Source: Eledone cirrhosa (lineage: Eukaryota). From it: 64,000 nucleotides of DNA. The DNA lies in the NCBI GenBank assembly GCA_964016885.1, contig OZ024758.1, positions 22,630,001-22,694,000 on the forward strand, written 5' to 3'. A model generated the notes under the pieces. The model searched no databases and had not been told where the DNA came from. It saw only the letters and a program-made list of their open reading frames with translations. Position 1 is the first letter of the stretch, and each line of letters opens with the position of its first letter. A program made the position numbers and the translations under genes. Shown here piece after piece: positions 1 to 13,559 of this stretch.

Positions 1-145
1 ATATGAATATGTATGTATATTGTTCTACTTTGGGAGGGTCATGCTGCCAATAAAAACACACGCACCTGTTGATTTTCACTTCAATTTATTATAAATTTCC
101 GGTTAGTTGGTTCAATAACCGAATGGTTATATATATATATATATT

Positions 146-188
146 GTCAAAGCTCTTTCGTCACACTTTCTGTGACCTCCTCAGTGAC
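146..188 (-). ncRNA. Minimal type-I hammerhead ribozyme motif (Penelope-like element type)
   Basis: Minus strand reads GTCA-CTGAGGA-G-GTCACA-gaaag-TGTGAC-GAAA-GagC-TT-TGAC: core CUGANGA, 6-bp stem II, GAAA, minimal stem III, UH site, stem I GTCA/TGAC. Abuts (TA)n. Confidence 0.8.
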
Positions 189-612
189 TGCGTTTATATT
201 TCGTGTCTCTCCTTTGTTCTGACCTACACCACCGAGATATGGTGTAGGACTGGACAAAGGAGAGACGGGTATCTTAGCTAGTAGAATGTCATATGCTTCT
301 TGAAAACATCTAGATACACTTCATGTAGGGTTTTTTTTAGTAGCGTATTAAAAGCTTGGCTCCTTTGAACCCCAACCTATTGCCATATCTAGTCCTTATT
401 CTAGATGTAAACGATAGGACATTTGGCACTGTGGTGTGACGACTGTAAGGTCCAGTTCTCAATGCCAAAGCATGATGCTACCACTTTCAGAATCTTCCAT
501 ATATATTATGGATATATATACATACACACACACACACACATATGTATATATGTGTGTATGTGTATATGTGTGTGTGTATATGTGTATGTGTGTGTGTGTG
601 TGTGTGTGTAAA

Positions 613-865
613 GTCTATCTTAAGTCAGAAGGCTCATTTGGCTGGTGCTTATCCCGGTTTCATGACGTGAAGCGACTGAGAGAACAAGACTCCCCCCCCC
701 CCCCCCTGCGCAGGATGCCAGTCCATCGCAGGGTTAAATCCCCAGCTATTGCTGGTACTCATTTTCAACTGAGTATACTGGAGCAACGTGAAATGAAGTG
801 TTTTGCTCAAGAACACAACACGCAACCTAGGAATCGAACCCACGACATTATGATCGTAAGTCCAG
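613..865 (-). mobile_element. tRNA-derived SINE, family B (agact-type tail)
   Basis: Minus strand has a B-box-like GGGTTCGATTCC followed by GTGTTCTTGAGCAAAACACTT...CAGTTG. Similar copies at about 7695-7950 and 48920-49365. Confidence 0.8.
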
Positions 866-2344
866 TGTGTGTGTGTATATATGTATATATATATACAAAG
901 TGTGTGTATATATGTATATATATACAAAGTGTGTGTATATATGTATATATATACAAAGTGTGTGTATATATATGTATATATACACAAAGTGTGTGTATAT
1001 ATGTATATATATACAAAATGTGTATATATATGTATATATATACAAAGTGTGTGTGTATATATGTATATATACACAAAGTGTGTGTATATATATATGTATA
1101 TATATACAAAGTGTGTGTATATATATGTATATATATACAAAGTGTGTATATATATATGTATATATACACAAAGTGTGTATATATATATGTATATATACAC
1201 AAAGTGTGTGTGTATATATGTATATATATACACAAAGTGTGTGTGTATATATGTATATATATACAAAGTGTGTGTGTATATATGTATATATATACAAAGT
1301 GTGTGTATATATATGTATATATATACAAAGTGTGTGTATATATATGTATATATATACAAAGTGTGTGTATATATATGTATATATATACAAAGTGTGTGTA
1401 TATATATGTATATATACACAAAGTGTGTGTATATATATGTATATATACACAGTGTGTGTATATATATGTATATATACACAAAGTGTGTGTATATATGTAT
1501 ATATATACAAAGTGTGTGTATATATATGTATATATACACAAAGTGTGTGTATATATATGTATATATACACAAAGTGTGTGTATATATATGTATATATACA
1601 CAAAGTGTGTGTATATATATGTATATATACACAAAGTGTGTGTATATATATGTATATATACACAAAGTGTGTGTATATATATGTATATATACACAAAGTG
1701 TGTGCATATATATGTATATATATACAAAGTGTGTGTATATATATGTATATATATACAAAGTGTGTGCATATATATGTATATATATACAAAGTGTGTGTAT
1801 ATATATGTATATATATACAAAGTGTGTATATATATATGTATATATACACAAAGTGTGTATATATATATGTATATATACACAAAGTGTGTATATATATATG
1901 TATATATACACAAAGTGTGTGTATATATATGTATATATACACAAAGTGTGTGTATATATATGTATATATATACAAAGTGTGTGTATATATGTATATATAT
2001 ACAAAGTGTGTGTATATATATGTATATATACACAAAGTGTGTATATATATATGTATATATATACAAAGTGTGTGTATATATGTATATATATACAAAGTGT
2101 GTGTATATATATGTATATATATACAAAGTGTGTGTATATATATGTATATATACACAAAGTGTGTGTATATATATGTATATATATACAAAGTGTGTATATA
2201 TATATGTATATATATACAAAGTGTGTATATATATATGTATATATACACAAAGTGTGTATATATATATGTATATATACACAAAGTGTGTATATATATATGT
2301 ATATATACACAAAGTGTGTGTATATATATGTATATATACACAAA
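866..2344. repeat. Compound minisatellite, ~28-32 bp unit CAAAGTGTGTGTATATATATGTATATATATA
   Basis: About 1.5 kb of tandem units punctuated by CAAAG. Produces spurious 500-650 aa ORFs in all frames. Confidence 0.95.
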
Positions 2345-2618
<274 letters not shown>

Positions 2619-2624
2619 CGTGTG

Positions 2625-2665
<41 letters not shown>

Positions 2666-2684
2666 GACAGACCGACATTATATA

Positions 2685-2877
2685 TATATCGGTGTATTAG
2701 TAGTATCGGTAGAGAGTCGGACGCCATGTTTTGCAGCAAAGAGTTACGGCCCTTTATGATCTGAGTTCAAATCCCGCCGAGGTTAACTTTGCCTTTCATC
2801 CTTACGGGGTCGATAAAATAAAGTACCAGTAATACACTGGGTAGTTGCTGGCCTTGTGCCTAAAGTAGAAACAATTA
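2685..2877 (+). mobile_element. tRNA-derived SINE, family A (AAT-type tail)
   Basis: GAGTTCAAATCCCGCCGAGGTTAACTTTGCCTTTCATCC...GGCCTTGTGCCTAAAGTAGAAACAATTA. More than 20 related copies or fragments occur in the window. Confidence 0.85.
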
Positions 2878-2883
2878 TACATA

Positions 2884-2921
<38 letters not shown>

Positions 2922-3312
2922 GTGTGAGATCCATTCCAGGTTCTTGTCACTGTTGTTTAACTCCACGACGGCCTTGATCAAGCAAATCTATGATCAAACA
3001 CATGAACACCCCGTCGTATTTCCCGGAATAGTTTACCTTGGAGTGCAGGGTCCAATATGCTTTTTTTTGTTTTACTTTTTCTCTTTTTTTTTTTCCTATA
3101 TCGGAAAGGTGTGATATAGCTGCTATTTCTAGAAGGTTGAGCATCCACCTAGAGGTTCTTTACGGTGCAACAAAAGTATGTTTATTTTACCACACAAACG
3201 TAATGTGTTATTAAGCTTTATTAATGTTATCACTACAGAAGAGTGGGCTAAAGTTGTTTCATGCTGGCTTATAATGAATGACTCAGCTGCATGGTGACCT
3301 CGTCTTTAAATG

Positions 3313-3314
<2 letters not shown>

Positions 3315-3365
<51 letters not shown>

Positions 3366-3952
3366 TCTTTCACAAACACACACACACTCTTTCACAAACA
3401 CACACACACTCTTTCACAAACACACACACACACTCTCTCTCTCTTTCATAAACACACACACTCGCTTTCACACACACTCTTTCACAAACACACACACACA
3501 CACACACACTCTCTTTCACACACACACTCTTTCACAAACACACACACTCTCTCTTTCACACACACACACACTTTCACAAACACACACACTTTCACAAACA
3601 CACACACACACACTCACAAACACTCTCTCTTTCACAAACACACTCTTTCACACACACTCTTTCACACACACACACTCTTTCACAAACACACACACACACA
3701 CACACACTCTCTCTTTCATAAACACACACTCTCTTTTTCACACACACACTCTTTCACAAACACACACACTTTCACAAACACTCTTCCACAAACACACACA
3801 CACACACTCTCTCTCTCTCATAAACACACACACACACACTCCTGTTCACATACCCTCTCTCTCTCTCTACCTATTTCTATCTATCTCTATTTCACACACA
3901 CTCTCTCTCTCTATCTATCGATCTCTCTCACTCACTCACTCACTCACACACA

Positions 3953-3999
<47 letters not shown>

Positions 4000-4097
4000 A
4001 GGAGAAGAAGAGAAAGGGTATATGTAGATATGGGTGTGCGAGAGTGTGGGAGCGAGAAGAAAGGAGAAAGTATATATATATGTGTATGTGTGTATGT

Positions 4098-4133
<36 letters not shown>

Positions 4134-4460
4134 TTATGTGTGTGTGCTTATGTGTGTGTATGTATGCGTGTGACACGCATACATACACACATGTATGCGT
4201 ATGTGTGCGTATATGTGTGTGTATATGTGCGTGGGTATGTGTGTGCGTGTTTGTGTGTGTGATTATGTGTGTGTATGTATGCGTGTGCGCTTGTACGTGT
4301 GCGTACGTGTGTGCGTGTGTGTGTATGTATGTGTGTGTGTGTGCATGTGTGTGTATGTATGTGTGCGTGTGTGTGTGTGTATGTATGTGTGCGTGTGTGT
4401 GTGTGTGTGTATATGTGTGTGCATGTATGTGTGTATGTGTGTGTATGTATGTATGTATGT
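3315..4460. repeat. (CT)n/(CA)n/(TG)n compound microsatellite
   Basis: Degenerate dinucleotide tracts with a recurring CTTTCACAAACACACA unit. Confidence 0.9.
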
Positions 4461-4809
4461 GTTATTCTATACCTAGGCGTAACCATACAATTTACTCAGT
4501 AGAGGGTGTGTTCTGTATTATAAAGAATAAAACTATTGATTTTTAGTTTAATTATTTATTTGTCTATTTAGATATTTAGTTATTTACTTATTACAAGAGA
4601 CAGAAGACAGAGAATGGACTTTTGTGACAATTATTTCTATCGTAAAAGGTTCATAACTCTCCAATGACGTCAGCCAACGATTGAAATAAGTTCACCTATG
4701 TATAAGGATGAATAAATACGTGTTTTAATTTGATCGCCACCCTGGTGGCAGGTGGGAACAACTTAGACTCTTGTTTCAGTTCTCCTAGACTGGGGACTAT
4801 ACGCCTGTG

Positions 4810-4854
<45 letters not shown>

Positions 4855-4985
4855 CTGTGCGCGCATGTATTTTCTCTTTATATATGTGTGCGTGTGTGCG
4901 CGCGCGCGTATATATATATATATATAACTAGCCGAAACGTGAGCTCATAGTCGATCCTAACTAATATATATATATATATATATAT

Positions 4986-5278
<293 letters not shown>

Positions 5279-5379
5279 TAACAGATTAAAGTTTAAGCAA
5301 AGAATCGTTGCTTTCACCCTTAACGAGATCTTCTGAAACTCTTTGGATTTTAGTCTTCACATTTATTATTATTACTATC

Positions 5380-5565
5380 GGTGGATTGGCAGTATCGGTA
5401 GAGGGTCGGGCACCATGCTTTCCAGCATAGTTACGTCCCTTTACGATCTGAGTTCAAATCCCGCCAAGGTGGACTTTGCCTTTCATCCTTACGGGGTCGA
5501 TAAAATAAAGTACCAGTAATGCACTGGGTAATTGCTGGCCTTGTACCTAAAGTAGAAACAATTAC
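5380..5565 (+). mobile_element. SINE family A
   Basis: Full head GGTGGATTGGCAGTATCGGTAGAG through tail AAAGTAGAAACAATTA. Confidence 0.85.
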
Positions 5566-5589
5566 TATATATATATATATATATCAGAT

Positions 5590-5694
5590 AGAGTGGGTAA
5601 TATGAAAAGGTTCAGGGCCCCGACGGCTGAGCTCTGACAGTTTTGACAGCTGTCGAAACGGCCAGAGCTCAGCCGTCGGGGTCCTGAATCTTTT
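5590..5694 (-). mobile_element. Fold-back repeat family P
   Basis: Hairpin with GAAACGGCCAGAGCTCAGCCGTCGGGG and a short piece of the tail. Confidence 0.7.
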
Positions 5695-5787
5695 GGCAAC
5701 ATGAACGGACCTGTTATTTTTCTCTAAAAACATTTTTTTCCAATTTTACCCCGCCCGACCCTTCAATCTTTCTAATTTCTCATTCTT

Positions 5788-5823
5788 TCTTCTGATGAAG
5801 GACTAGTGTCCGAAATGTTAAGA
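5788..5823 (+). ncRNA. Minimal type-I hammerhead ribozyme motif
   Basis: TCTT-CTGATGA-A-GGAC-tagt-GTCC-GAAA-tg-TT-AAGA. Stem III looks like GAAACGTT with a C>T change. Confidence 0.7.
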
Positions 5824-6195
5824 CCCGCTTCCTGCTATTTCAAGCGTTAACTTAATATATTCCTTCCATATACTGTACCGATTGTATTGATATTTCTGTT
5901 TACCTTTTACACACACATATATATATATATATAAATTAGCGAGAATCATATTTCGGCTATTGGAAATTAACGAAAAACAAGTTCCGAGATGTGTGGCAAG
6001 CGCTCCATAGAAGCTAGTGAACTAGAGCTACAACATAAGTTAAACACACTGAGACAATGGTTAAACGATTATCCGCACAGTCTTAGAAACGACCAAGTAA
6101 TTCGGGTCAAATAAATAAAATATGATTGAAAATTATACCCGGACCCCTGGAAGGTTGGTAAAACTCCTAAATCAGGTACTGTCTGCTTAGACAAA

Positions 6196-6378
6196 TAATT
6201 GTTTCTACTTTAGGCACAAGGCCAGCAATTACCCAGTGCATTACTGGTACTTTATTTTATCGACCCCGTAAGGATGAAAGGCAAAGTCAACCTCGGCGGG
6301 ATTTGAACTCAGATCGTAAAGGGACGTAACTATGCTGGAAAGCATGGCGTCCGACCCTCTACCGATACTGCCAATCCA
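6196..6378 (-). mobile_element. SINE family A
   Basis: Reverse complement of the family A consensus. Confidence 0.85.
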
Positions 6379-6714
6379 TGTTAAGCTTTTGGTAAGATGA
6401 TTGAACAAGGAAGTCACTTTCTCAACAGGCTTTTAGTTCAAGTGCCAAGCCAAGGACTGACCGTTATCAAAACCCACGTGGGCTCGACAAGGGGGGCAAC
6501 CCTTAGTTTTGGCGGATGAATTCAGTATGTGTGTTATTATTGCAGAATTGCAAAATATCACAAAACGAATTAAGTTCTCAACAGAATGGTTTTAAAATTA
6601 ACAAAAGCTATTCATCAGTCAATAGAATTAACTAAAAAAAAATCAAGAAAATTAACTGATCAACAGCTAGACTCTGGAGATTAATACAAATATAAATTAG
6701 CGAGAATCGTATTT

Positions 6715-6765
<51 letters not shown>

Positions 6766-6982
6766 TAAAAGAGAAAACACAGGTAAGCATTAAGAGAAGG
6801 ATTTTATCCAGGTATTTACGACCGTTTCATTGGTAAGTGCAACCTTATATTGCTATACTGCAAATAGCAGCCACTCAATTATAATTGTTGTTCACAGTTA
6901 CCCCTAACCGTACGTTGAAACCATCCATGAAACTGGCTTTCTTAACCAAAAACTGGATCACAATAAGCAATTTTTTGCTTCT

Positions 6983-7024
<42 letters not shown>

Positions 7025-7136
7025 CCGAAACCTCCTGAGCTTGCAGTCGAACCTTGTAGAACGTCACTACTGACTTAAGCTGAACTTGGTCGCATTCTTT
7101 CGATCACAACACGGTGGGGGGGGGGGGTCTCTCTCT

Positions 7137-7171
<35 letters not shown>

Positions 7172-7174
7172 CGT

Positions 7175-7208
<34 letters not shown>

Positions 7209-7948
7209 CTGTCTGTGTGTGTGTCTGTCTGTGTGTGTCTATGTGTGTCCCCATGTGTGTGTGTGTGTGTGTGTCTGTATCTGTGTGTGTATGCCTGATG
7301 TGTGTCTGTGTGTGCGTCTGTGTGTGCGTCTGTGTGTGTGTGTGTGTCTGTCTGTCTGTGTGTGTGTATGTGTGTCTGTATCTGTGTGTGTATGTCTGAT
7401 GTGTATCTGTGTGTGCGTCTGTGTGTGTGTCTGTCTGTCTGTGTGTGTGTGCGTGTGTCTGTGTGTGTATGTGTGTGTGTAGCGAAGAAACCACCTTCAG
7501 TTCCTCACATTGCCCTATATTTACATGCATTTGGCAAGTGTTGATGTCACCTTAATATTTTTAATGTGAATCCCACTCTTCGTTGGGTTAAGTAAAATCA
7601 GTGAGGGCTAAATAAGGAAAGTAAAATTTATGTACATGAAACTAAATTTCACTACAGAATCCGAAATGAACTTACTACAGTCTAGGTCTAATCTAAAGTC
7701 TATCTCAGCCAGCATGGCCGGTACGTATCCCGGTTCCGTGGCACAAAGCGACTGAGAGTACAAGACTCCTCCCTGGCCAGGACACCAGTCAATCGCAGGG
7801 ATAACTCCCCTCCCATCTATTGTTGGTACTAATTTTCAGCTGAGTATACTGGAACAACATGCAATGAAGTGATTTTTGCTCAAGAACACGACACACAACC
7901 CAGCCCAAGAATCGAACCCATGACTTTACGATCGTAAGTTCAACACCC

Positions 7949-8004
<56 letters not shown>

Positions 8005-8129
8005 TATGTATACGTACATATATACATACACACACACACAGGGTTCCCAAAAAATGTATACATACTTATATTTAAGTAACAGCCGTACTAAGAGTGGGAA
8101 ATGAAATGAAATTTCGTTTCATTTTTTCC

Positions 8130-8162
<33 letters not shown>

Positions 8163-8166
<4 letters not shown>

Positions 8167-8373
8167 AACGAGTAGAACCCCGACGGCTGAGCTCAAGCCG
8201 ATTCGACGGCTAATTCTGGACTAAATGCAGAATTTAGTCCACAATTAGCCGGCGAAACGGCTTGAGCTCAGCCGTCGGGGTTCTTCTCGTTCCTATTACC
8301 CACTCTACTACCCTAAGTATTGAGTACGTTGGTGCGTTATGGTCCATCTAGTTCCTTACCACATTTCCTTCGT

Positions 8374-8374
<1 letters not shown>
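8163..8374 (+). mobile_element. Fold-back repeat family P with tail
   Basis: Hairpin at 8163-8295 plus full tail ending CCACATTTCCTTCGTT, between (TA)n and (GA)n. Confidence 0.75.
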
Positions 8375-8417
<43 letters not shown>

Positions 8418-8806
8418 ACAGCTATACCGCCGACGTCTGTCTGAAAAAGAAAACCAATTGTAAATGCCTGATAACCACAGGAAGTTACTAAACCCAGTAG
8501 CAGTGATATGTAAGGGCGGATTAGAAAATAACATTAGAATGTAGAGAGTGTGAAACAAAACACTGTTCTTTGACGTTAAACAGACTGAATTTTAATTGAG
8601 ATGGGAACTGAAAAAATAAATAAATAAAAGAAAAAGAAAAGAACGGTTATATAAGGGAAATAACTCTTAATTAAATTGTTATTTGAATTACCACTATTGG
8701 TTTCTAACATTGGCAGACGGCTTCAAATTTTGAAAGAAGGATATATATATATATATATATACAATATTAAATAAATGGAAAACTATATTTATAAAACCAT
8801 ATTTAT

Positions 8807-8866
8807 TTCATTATATATATTTCGGGGATATCATATTAACAATATGCTATGCCTTCATCAGACAAA
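8807..8866 (-). ncRNA. Type-I hammerhead ribozyme motif
   Basis: Minus strand: TTTGT-CTGATGA-A-GGCATAGCATATT-gtt-AATATGATATCCCC-GAAA-TATATA-TA-ATGAA. Same family as 55405-55464. Confidence 0.7.
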
Positions 8867-9107
8867 ATACAATATAAACAGTTTTATAGATAAATATATT
8901 CGACATACCGTAATAAACATCAACTTCATTTGAAGAGGTTCACTCTAGCAGTCGAGTGTTCACTCTAGCACTCTAGCAGTCGAGTGTTCACTCTAGCAGT
9001 CGAGGTTCACTCTATTTGTCGAGTGCTTTTATATCAGTTATAAATATTTACTAGTTGTAACCCAACAATTTTAAATATAACTTTACATATATATATATAT
9101 ATATATA

Positions 9108-9235
9108 TATAGGAAAAAGTATGACCCCGACGGCAGAGCTCAAGCCGTTTCGACAGCTATTTCTGGACTCAAATAGTCCAGAAATGGCCGTCGAAACGGC
9201 TTGAGCTCTGCCGTCGGGGTCATACTTTTTCCTAT

Positions 9236-9236
<1 letters not shown>
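9108..9236. mobile_element. Fold-back repeat family P (palindrome only)
   Basis: About 60-bp arms, near perfect, centred on CTGGACT-caaat-AGTCCAG. Confidence 0.75.
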
Positions 9237-9320
<84 letters not shown>

Positions 9321-10994
9321 ATGTGTGTGCGTGTGTAAATTCGTAATATAACCACACACATACTAGTGACTGCTCAATTATATCAATGAAAGACGAAGTC
9401 GAATTCAGCTAAATTTGAACTCAGAACGTAAAGGAAGGAAATTAAAATATAAAAAATATTTAGCCTGACATCGACTGGTTCTACCAAACTAATAGCCCAC
9501 CCTTTATTTGTTTACGTATAAAAATTGTTTCATTTCGACATTAGGGTATTCGAGTAGCAGTTCTCTCCCTTCTCATATTAATATTTTTTTGAATTATGAA
9601 TGTTTACTATTGTAAGCGAATAGAAATTTTTTCATAACTCCTATTTCAAATGAGCTTACCTCTTATTCTACAGCACTTGCAATGTTTTTTTTTTTTATTA
9701 CGTGTGTATTTTATTTATACGATAATCACCAAATAAATATAGTCACAATTTATATATAAAAAAAATTATATATATATATATATATATATAAAAAGAGGAA
9801 AATAATGTTTTTTAATATTTGGGCAGACGACCCGCATACACAATCACACACTACAAGAAAGGGTATTCTAGTTGCCCGCTAATAATTTTTGGGGGCAGAC
9901 CAACACACTCGCAGCATTACCTCGAGTGATAACTTGGTTAAGCCGCTGGAATAATCAAACATCCTCGCAGGCATCACCTGATACATTTGGTAAGGCGAGC
10001 CGCTACTAATTGTTTCTACTTTTGGCACAAAGCCAGCAATTATTCAAGTGTATTACTGGTACTTTATTTTATCGACCCCGTAAGGATGAAAGGCAAAGTT
10101 TTCCTCGACGGGAAAATAATGTCGAGAACTTCGTTGTCAGCGACACAGCTCCCTCAAACGTTTCGAACTCGACAAGACTTTTTAAAAATAGCTTGCTGAT
10201 AATTCCTCATTCAAACACACATAGAAAAATATGAATTATGAACAGGAAAGAAAAGGAGTAAAATATAAGAAAACGCAACGGACGAAAACTAGTTATAGCT
10301 ATCAATGATGAATTATTTCAAGGGAGGTAACTCGAAGCTGTGATCAATCTATAGCTTCTGGTTGTTTGTATAGCTTACAGTTCATTTTTACTGAAGCCGT
10401 CTGATCAACTGATTAAGGTTTTTCTTACATGATCATAAAGCCGTGGGATCGATTCCTGGACTGGGCAGCACATTATGTTTTGAGCAAAAAAATTATATTT
10501 TACGCTACTTCTAATAATTGTTTCTACTTTAGGCACAAGGCCAGCAATTATCCAGTCAGTACATTACTGGTACTTTATTTTATCGACCCCGTAAGGATGA
10601 AAGGCAAAGTTAACCTTGGCGGGATTTGAACTCAGACCGTACTTCTAATAATAGTTACGACTAACAGATAATATCAGCAATGGGGGCATTGTTTTCTGTT
10701 GTCCGATCTCACGATCGACGTTTATTATTTTTTGGTTTTGGTTTTTGTTTTGTGATCAACAACTACGTTGCTCACAGGTCGAAAATGGTTCGATTAATGT
10801 TTAACTAGAAATCCGATAGCGTCTCTGACAAGAGTGTGCCTGTACAACTTGTTTGTGGTGAGGATGGTGGAAAATAAATAACCCCCTACACTACTGTATT
10901 TTTTTTATTTTTTATTCAGACGCATCGTCTGATTGTTTTCTAAGAGGAGTTTATGTACAACGATGAATGACGCGTGTGGCCACCACTCCGCCTG

Positions 10995-11440
10995 CACACA
11001 CACAGACACACACACACTCACTCACTCACTCACTCTCTTTCACTCACACACACTCTCTCTCTCACTCACACACACACTCTCACACACACTCTCTCTCTCT
11101 CACTCACTCACACACTCTCACACACTCTCTCACTCACACACACTCTCTCACACACATACACTCTCTCACTCACACACACTCTCTCACTCACACACACTCT
11201 CTCACTCACACACTCTCTCACTCACACACACTCTCACTCACACACACTCTCTCACTCACACACACTCTCACTCACACACACTCTCACTCACACACACTCT
11301 CACACTCTCTCTCACTCACTCACTCACTCACACACACTCTCTCTCTCTCACTCACTCACTCACTCTCACTCACTCTCACACACACTCACTCACACTCTCA
11401 CACACATACTCTCTCTCTCTCTCTCTCACACACACACATA
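10995..11440. repeat. (CA)/(CT) compound microsatellite
   Basis: Degenerate CACACACTCTCTCACT units. Confidence 0.9.
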
Positions 11441-11779
11441 TACAACCCCGTAAGGATGAAAGGCAAAGCTAACCTCGGCGGGATTTGAACTCAGAACGTA
11501 AAGGGACTTAACTATGCCACGAAGCATAGTGTCCGGCGCTCTACCGATTCTGCCAATCCAAGAATATAAATAATTGTTTCTACTTTTGGCACAAGGCCAG
11601 CAATTACTCAGTACATTACTGGTACTTTATTTTGTACTGGGTAATTGCTGGCCTTGTGCAAAATATAAATAATGAATGGTCCATTGCAAGAAAAAAAGAT
11701 GCTGTAAAAAAAGAAGAGAAGGTGAAAAGGTGAGAAAGAGAGACAGAAGGTTGGGGGGGGGGGTATTTTAAAAACCATG

Positions 11780-12100
11780 CTCGACTGGTTATCCCACCAT
11801 CTTGCTTGGGGTCTGCCCCTGGGTCTCCTGTCGTTTGGTTTTGCCGTAAAATCTGTCGAGCGATTATTTCCGGAGGCATTCTAACTATATACTCGTAGTA
11901 TCGAAGCTGTGATCTCTCAATTCAGAGAAGTAGCGGCTCTACATGGAGCGACTCTCTGATCTCTGTGCTACGCATTTTATCAAGTAACGTTGCTCCCAAA
12001 AACACTTCCAAGAAACCCCATTTCGACCGCTTGTATGATAATCTCGCTTAGAGATCCAGCCGGTTGCTTCTGACCGGACCCACTGCCCAAACGACCCTCT
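11780..12100 (-). mobile_element. Decayed RTE-clade LINE, 3' coding fragment
   Basis: Frameshifted translations resemble the RTE ORF C-terminus (LLDKxRSTEIRESLHVEPLLL.IERSQLRYYE.I.RMPPEIIARQIL). Confidence 0.6.
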
Positions 12101-12600
12101 CATGATGAAGAAGAAGAAAAAGAAGAAAAAGAAGAAAAAGAAGAAAAAGAAGAAAAAGAAGAAAAAGAAGAAAAAGAAGAAAAGGAAGAAAAAGAAAAAG
12201 AAAAAGAAAAAGAAAAAGAAGAAGAACAAATGAGAAAAAGAAAAGAAAAAGAAAAAGAAAAAGAAAAAGAAAAAGAAAAAGACGTTCAACTGGGTTCATC
12301 ATACGGTGATTAAAAAGTAAAACATTTTTCAGTGTCAAACTGATATAATTTAATCAATTTTGGATTCAAACCTGATTAAATTTTATCGATGGTAAACATA
12401 GCAAAACACAAACAATAACACATCTCCGACGGCTTCCTCTTAGTTTAATCTCCTAGCAACGACCAGATGACATTTACCTTGACCTATTACTGTTAGTAAA
12501 GTAAACAGACTAACTGTGTTGTAACACAGAGCGATGACCGATGTGAGAAGAGAGGATGATGATGGGGAAAGAAATGGCTGAGATAGTTTATTATTATTAT

Positions 12601-13030
12601 GGTTTGGCAGTGTGGTAGATTGGCAGTATCGGTAGAGGGTCAGACGCCATGTTTTGACGCATAGAGTTACGGCCCTTGCCATTCTGAGTTCAAATCTCGC
12701 CGAGGTTAACTTTGCCTTTCATCCTTACAGGATCGATAAAATAAAGTACCAGTAATACACTGGTATAATTGCTGGCCTTGTGCCAAAAGTAGAAACAATT
12801 ATTATGGTTTGGCAGTATCGGTAGAGCATCGGACACCATGCTTTACAGCATAGAGTTACGGTCCTTTGCGTTCTGAATTCAAATCCCACCGAGGTTAGCT
12901 TTGCCTTTCATCCTTACGGGGTCGATAAATTAAAGGACTATTAACACACTGGCGTCGATTTAATCAATTTTCCCCTTCCCTCCCCTCCAAATTGCTGGCT
13001 TTGTGCCCTAAACCAGAAACCATTGTTGTT
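12601..13030 (+). mobile_element. Tandem SINE family A copies
   Basis: Two head-to-tail copies. Confidence 0.85.
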
Positions 13031-13214
13031 ATTACTGTAATAGCTACTTTTATAAATATTTAATGAATGTGTTGATGAAAGACGGAGAGCTAAAAATGGA
13101 GAGACCGAGTCAATACGAGTGTCAGACTAGCAGCCAAAGTTTAGACGGATCGTTTCCTACGACTAACGAACGCTTCACCTGTTTCAACGACCAAAATATT
13201 TATAGAGAATTTAA

Positions 13215-13500
13215 TAACCTAGCAAACACTTCCCACATCCCGGGTGCTGTGGTTAGGGCGAGACACACAACTTCCGCAGCCGAACGGAGCAAAATCCTAA
13301 AATACTGTGATCTGTTGGCCAACTATATTTTCCAGCCTGTGGCGTTCGAGACGTTCGTGGGAGTCGGGCTAGTGACTGCAAGCTGGTAGCTCGCCTAACA
13401 TCACCCGAGGTAACCCTGCGAGCGTCCTGGCTTGCCTCAAATATCATTAAAGATGTTTCTCAGTGCTCCTCGCTATACTGCTATCTTTTGCTCTGGTAGT
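13215..13500 (+). mobile_element. Fragment of a CRE-like (restriction-like endonuclease) non-LTR retrotransposon
   Basis: SHIPGAV...AAERSKILKYCDLLANYIFQPVAFETFVGVG matches the AExxKxxKYxxLxxxxxFxPxAxETxG pattern of CRE-clade REL domains. Confidence 0.6.
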
Positions 13501-13559
13501 GGCTCGGTTGTCCACCCCTTCCTTTATATCATATTTGTTTGTGCTCTCGTTCTGTAAGT

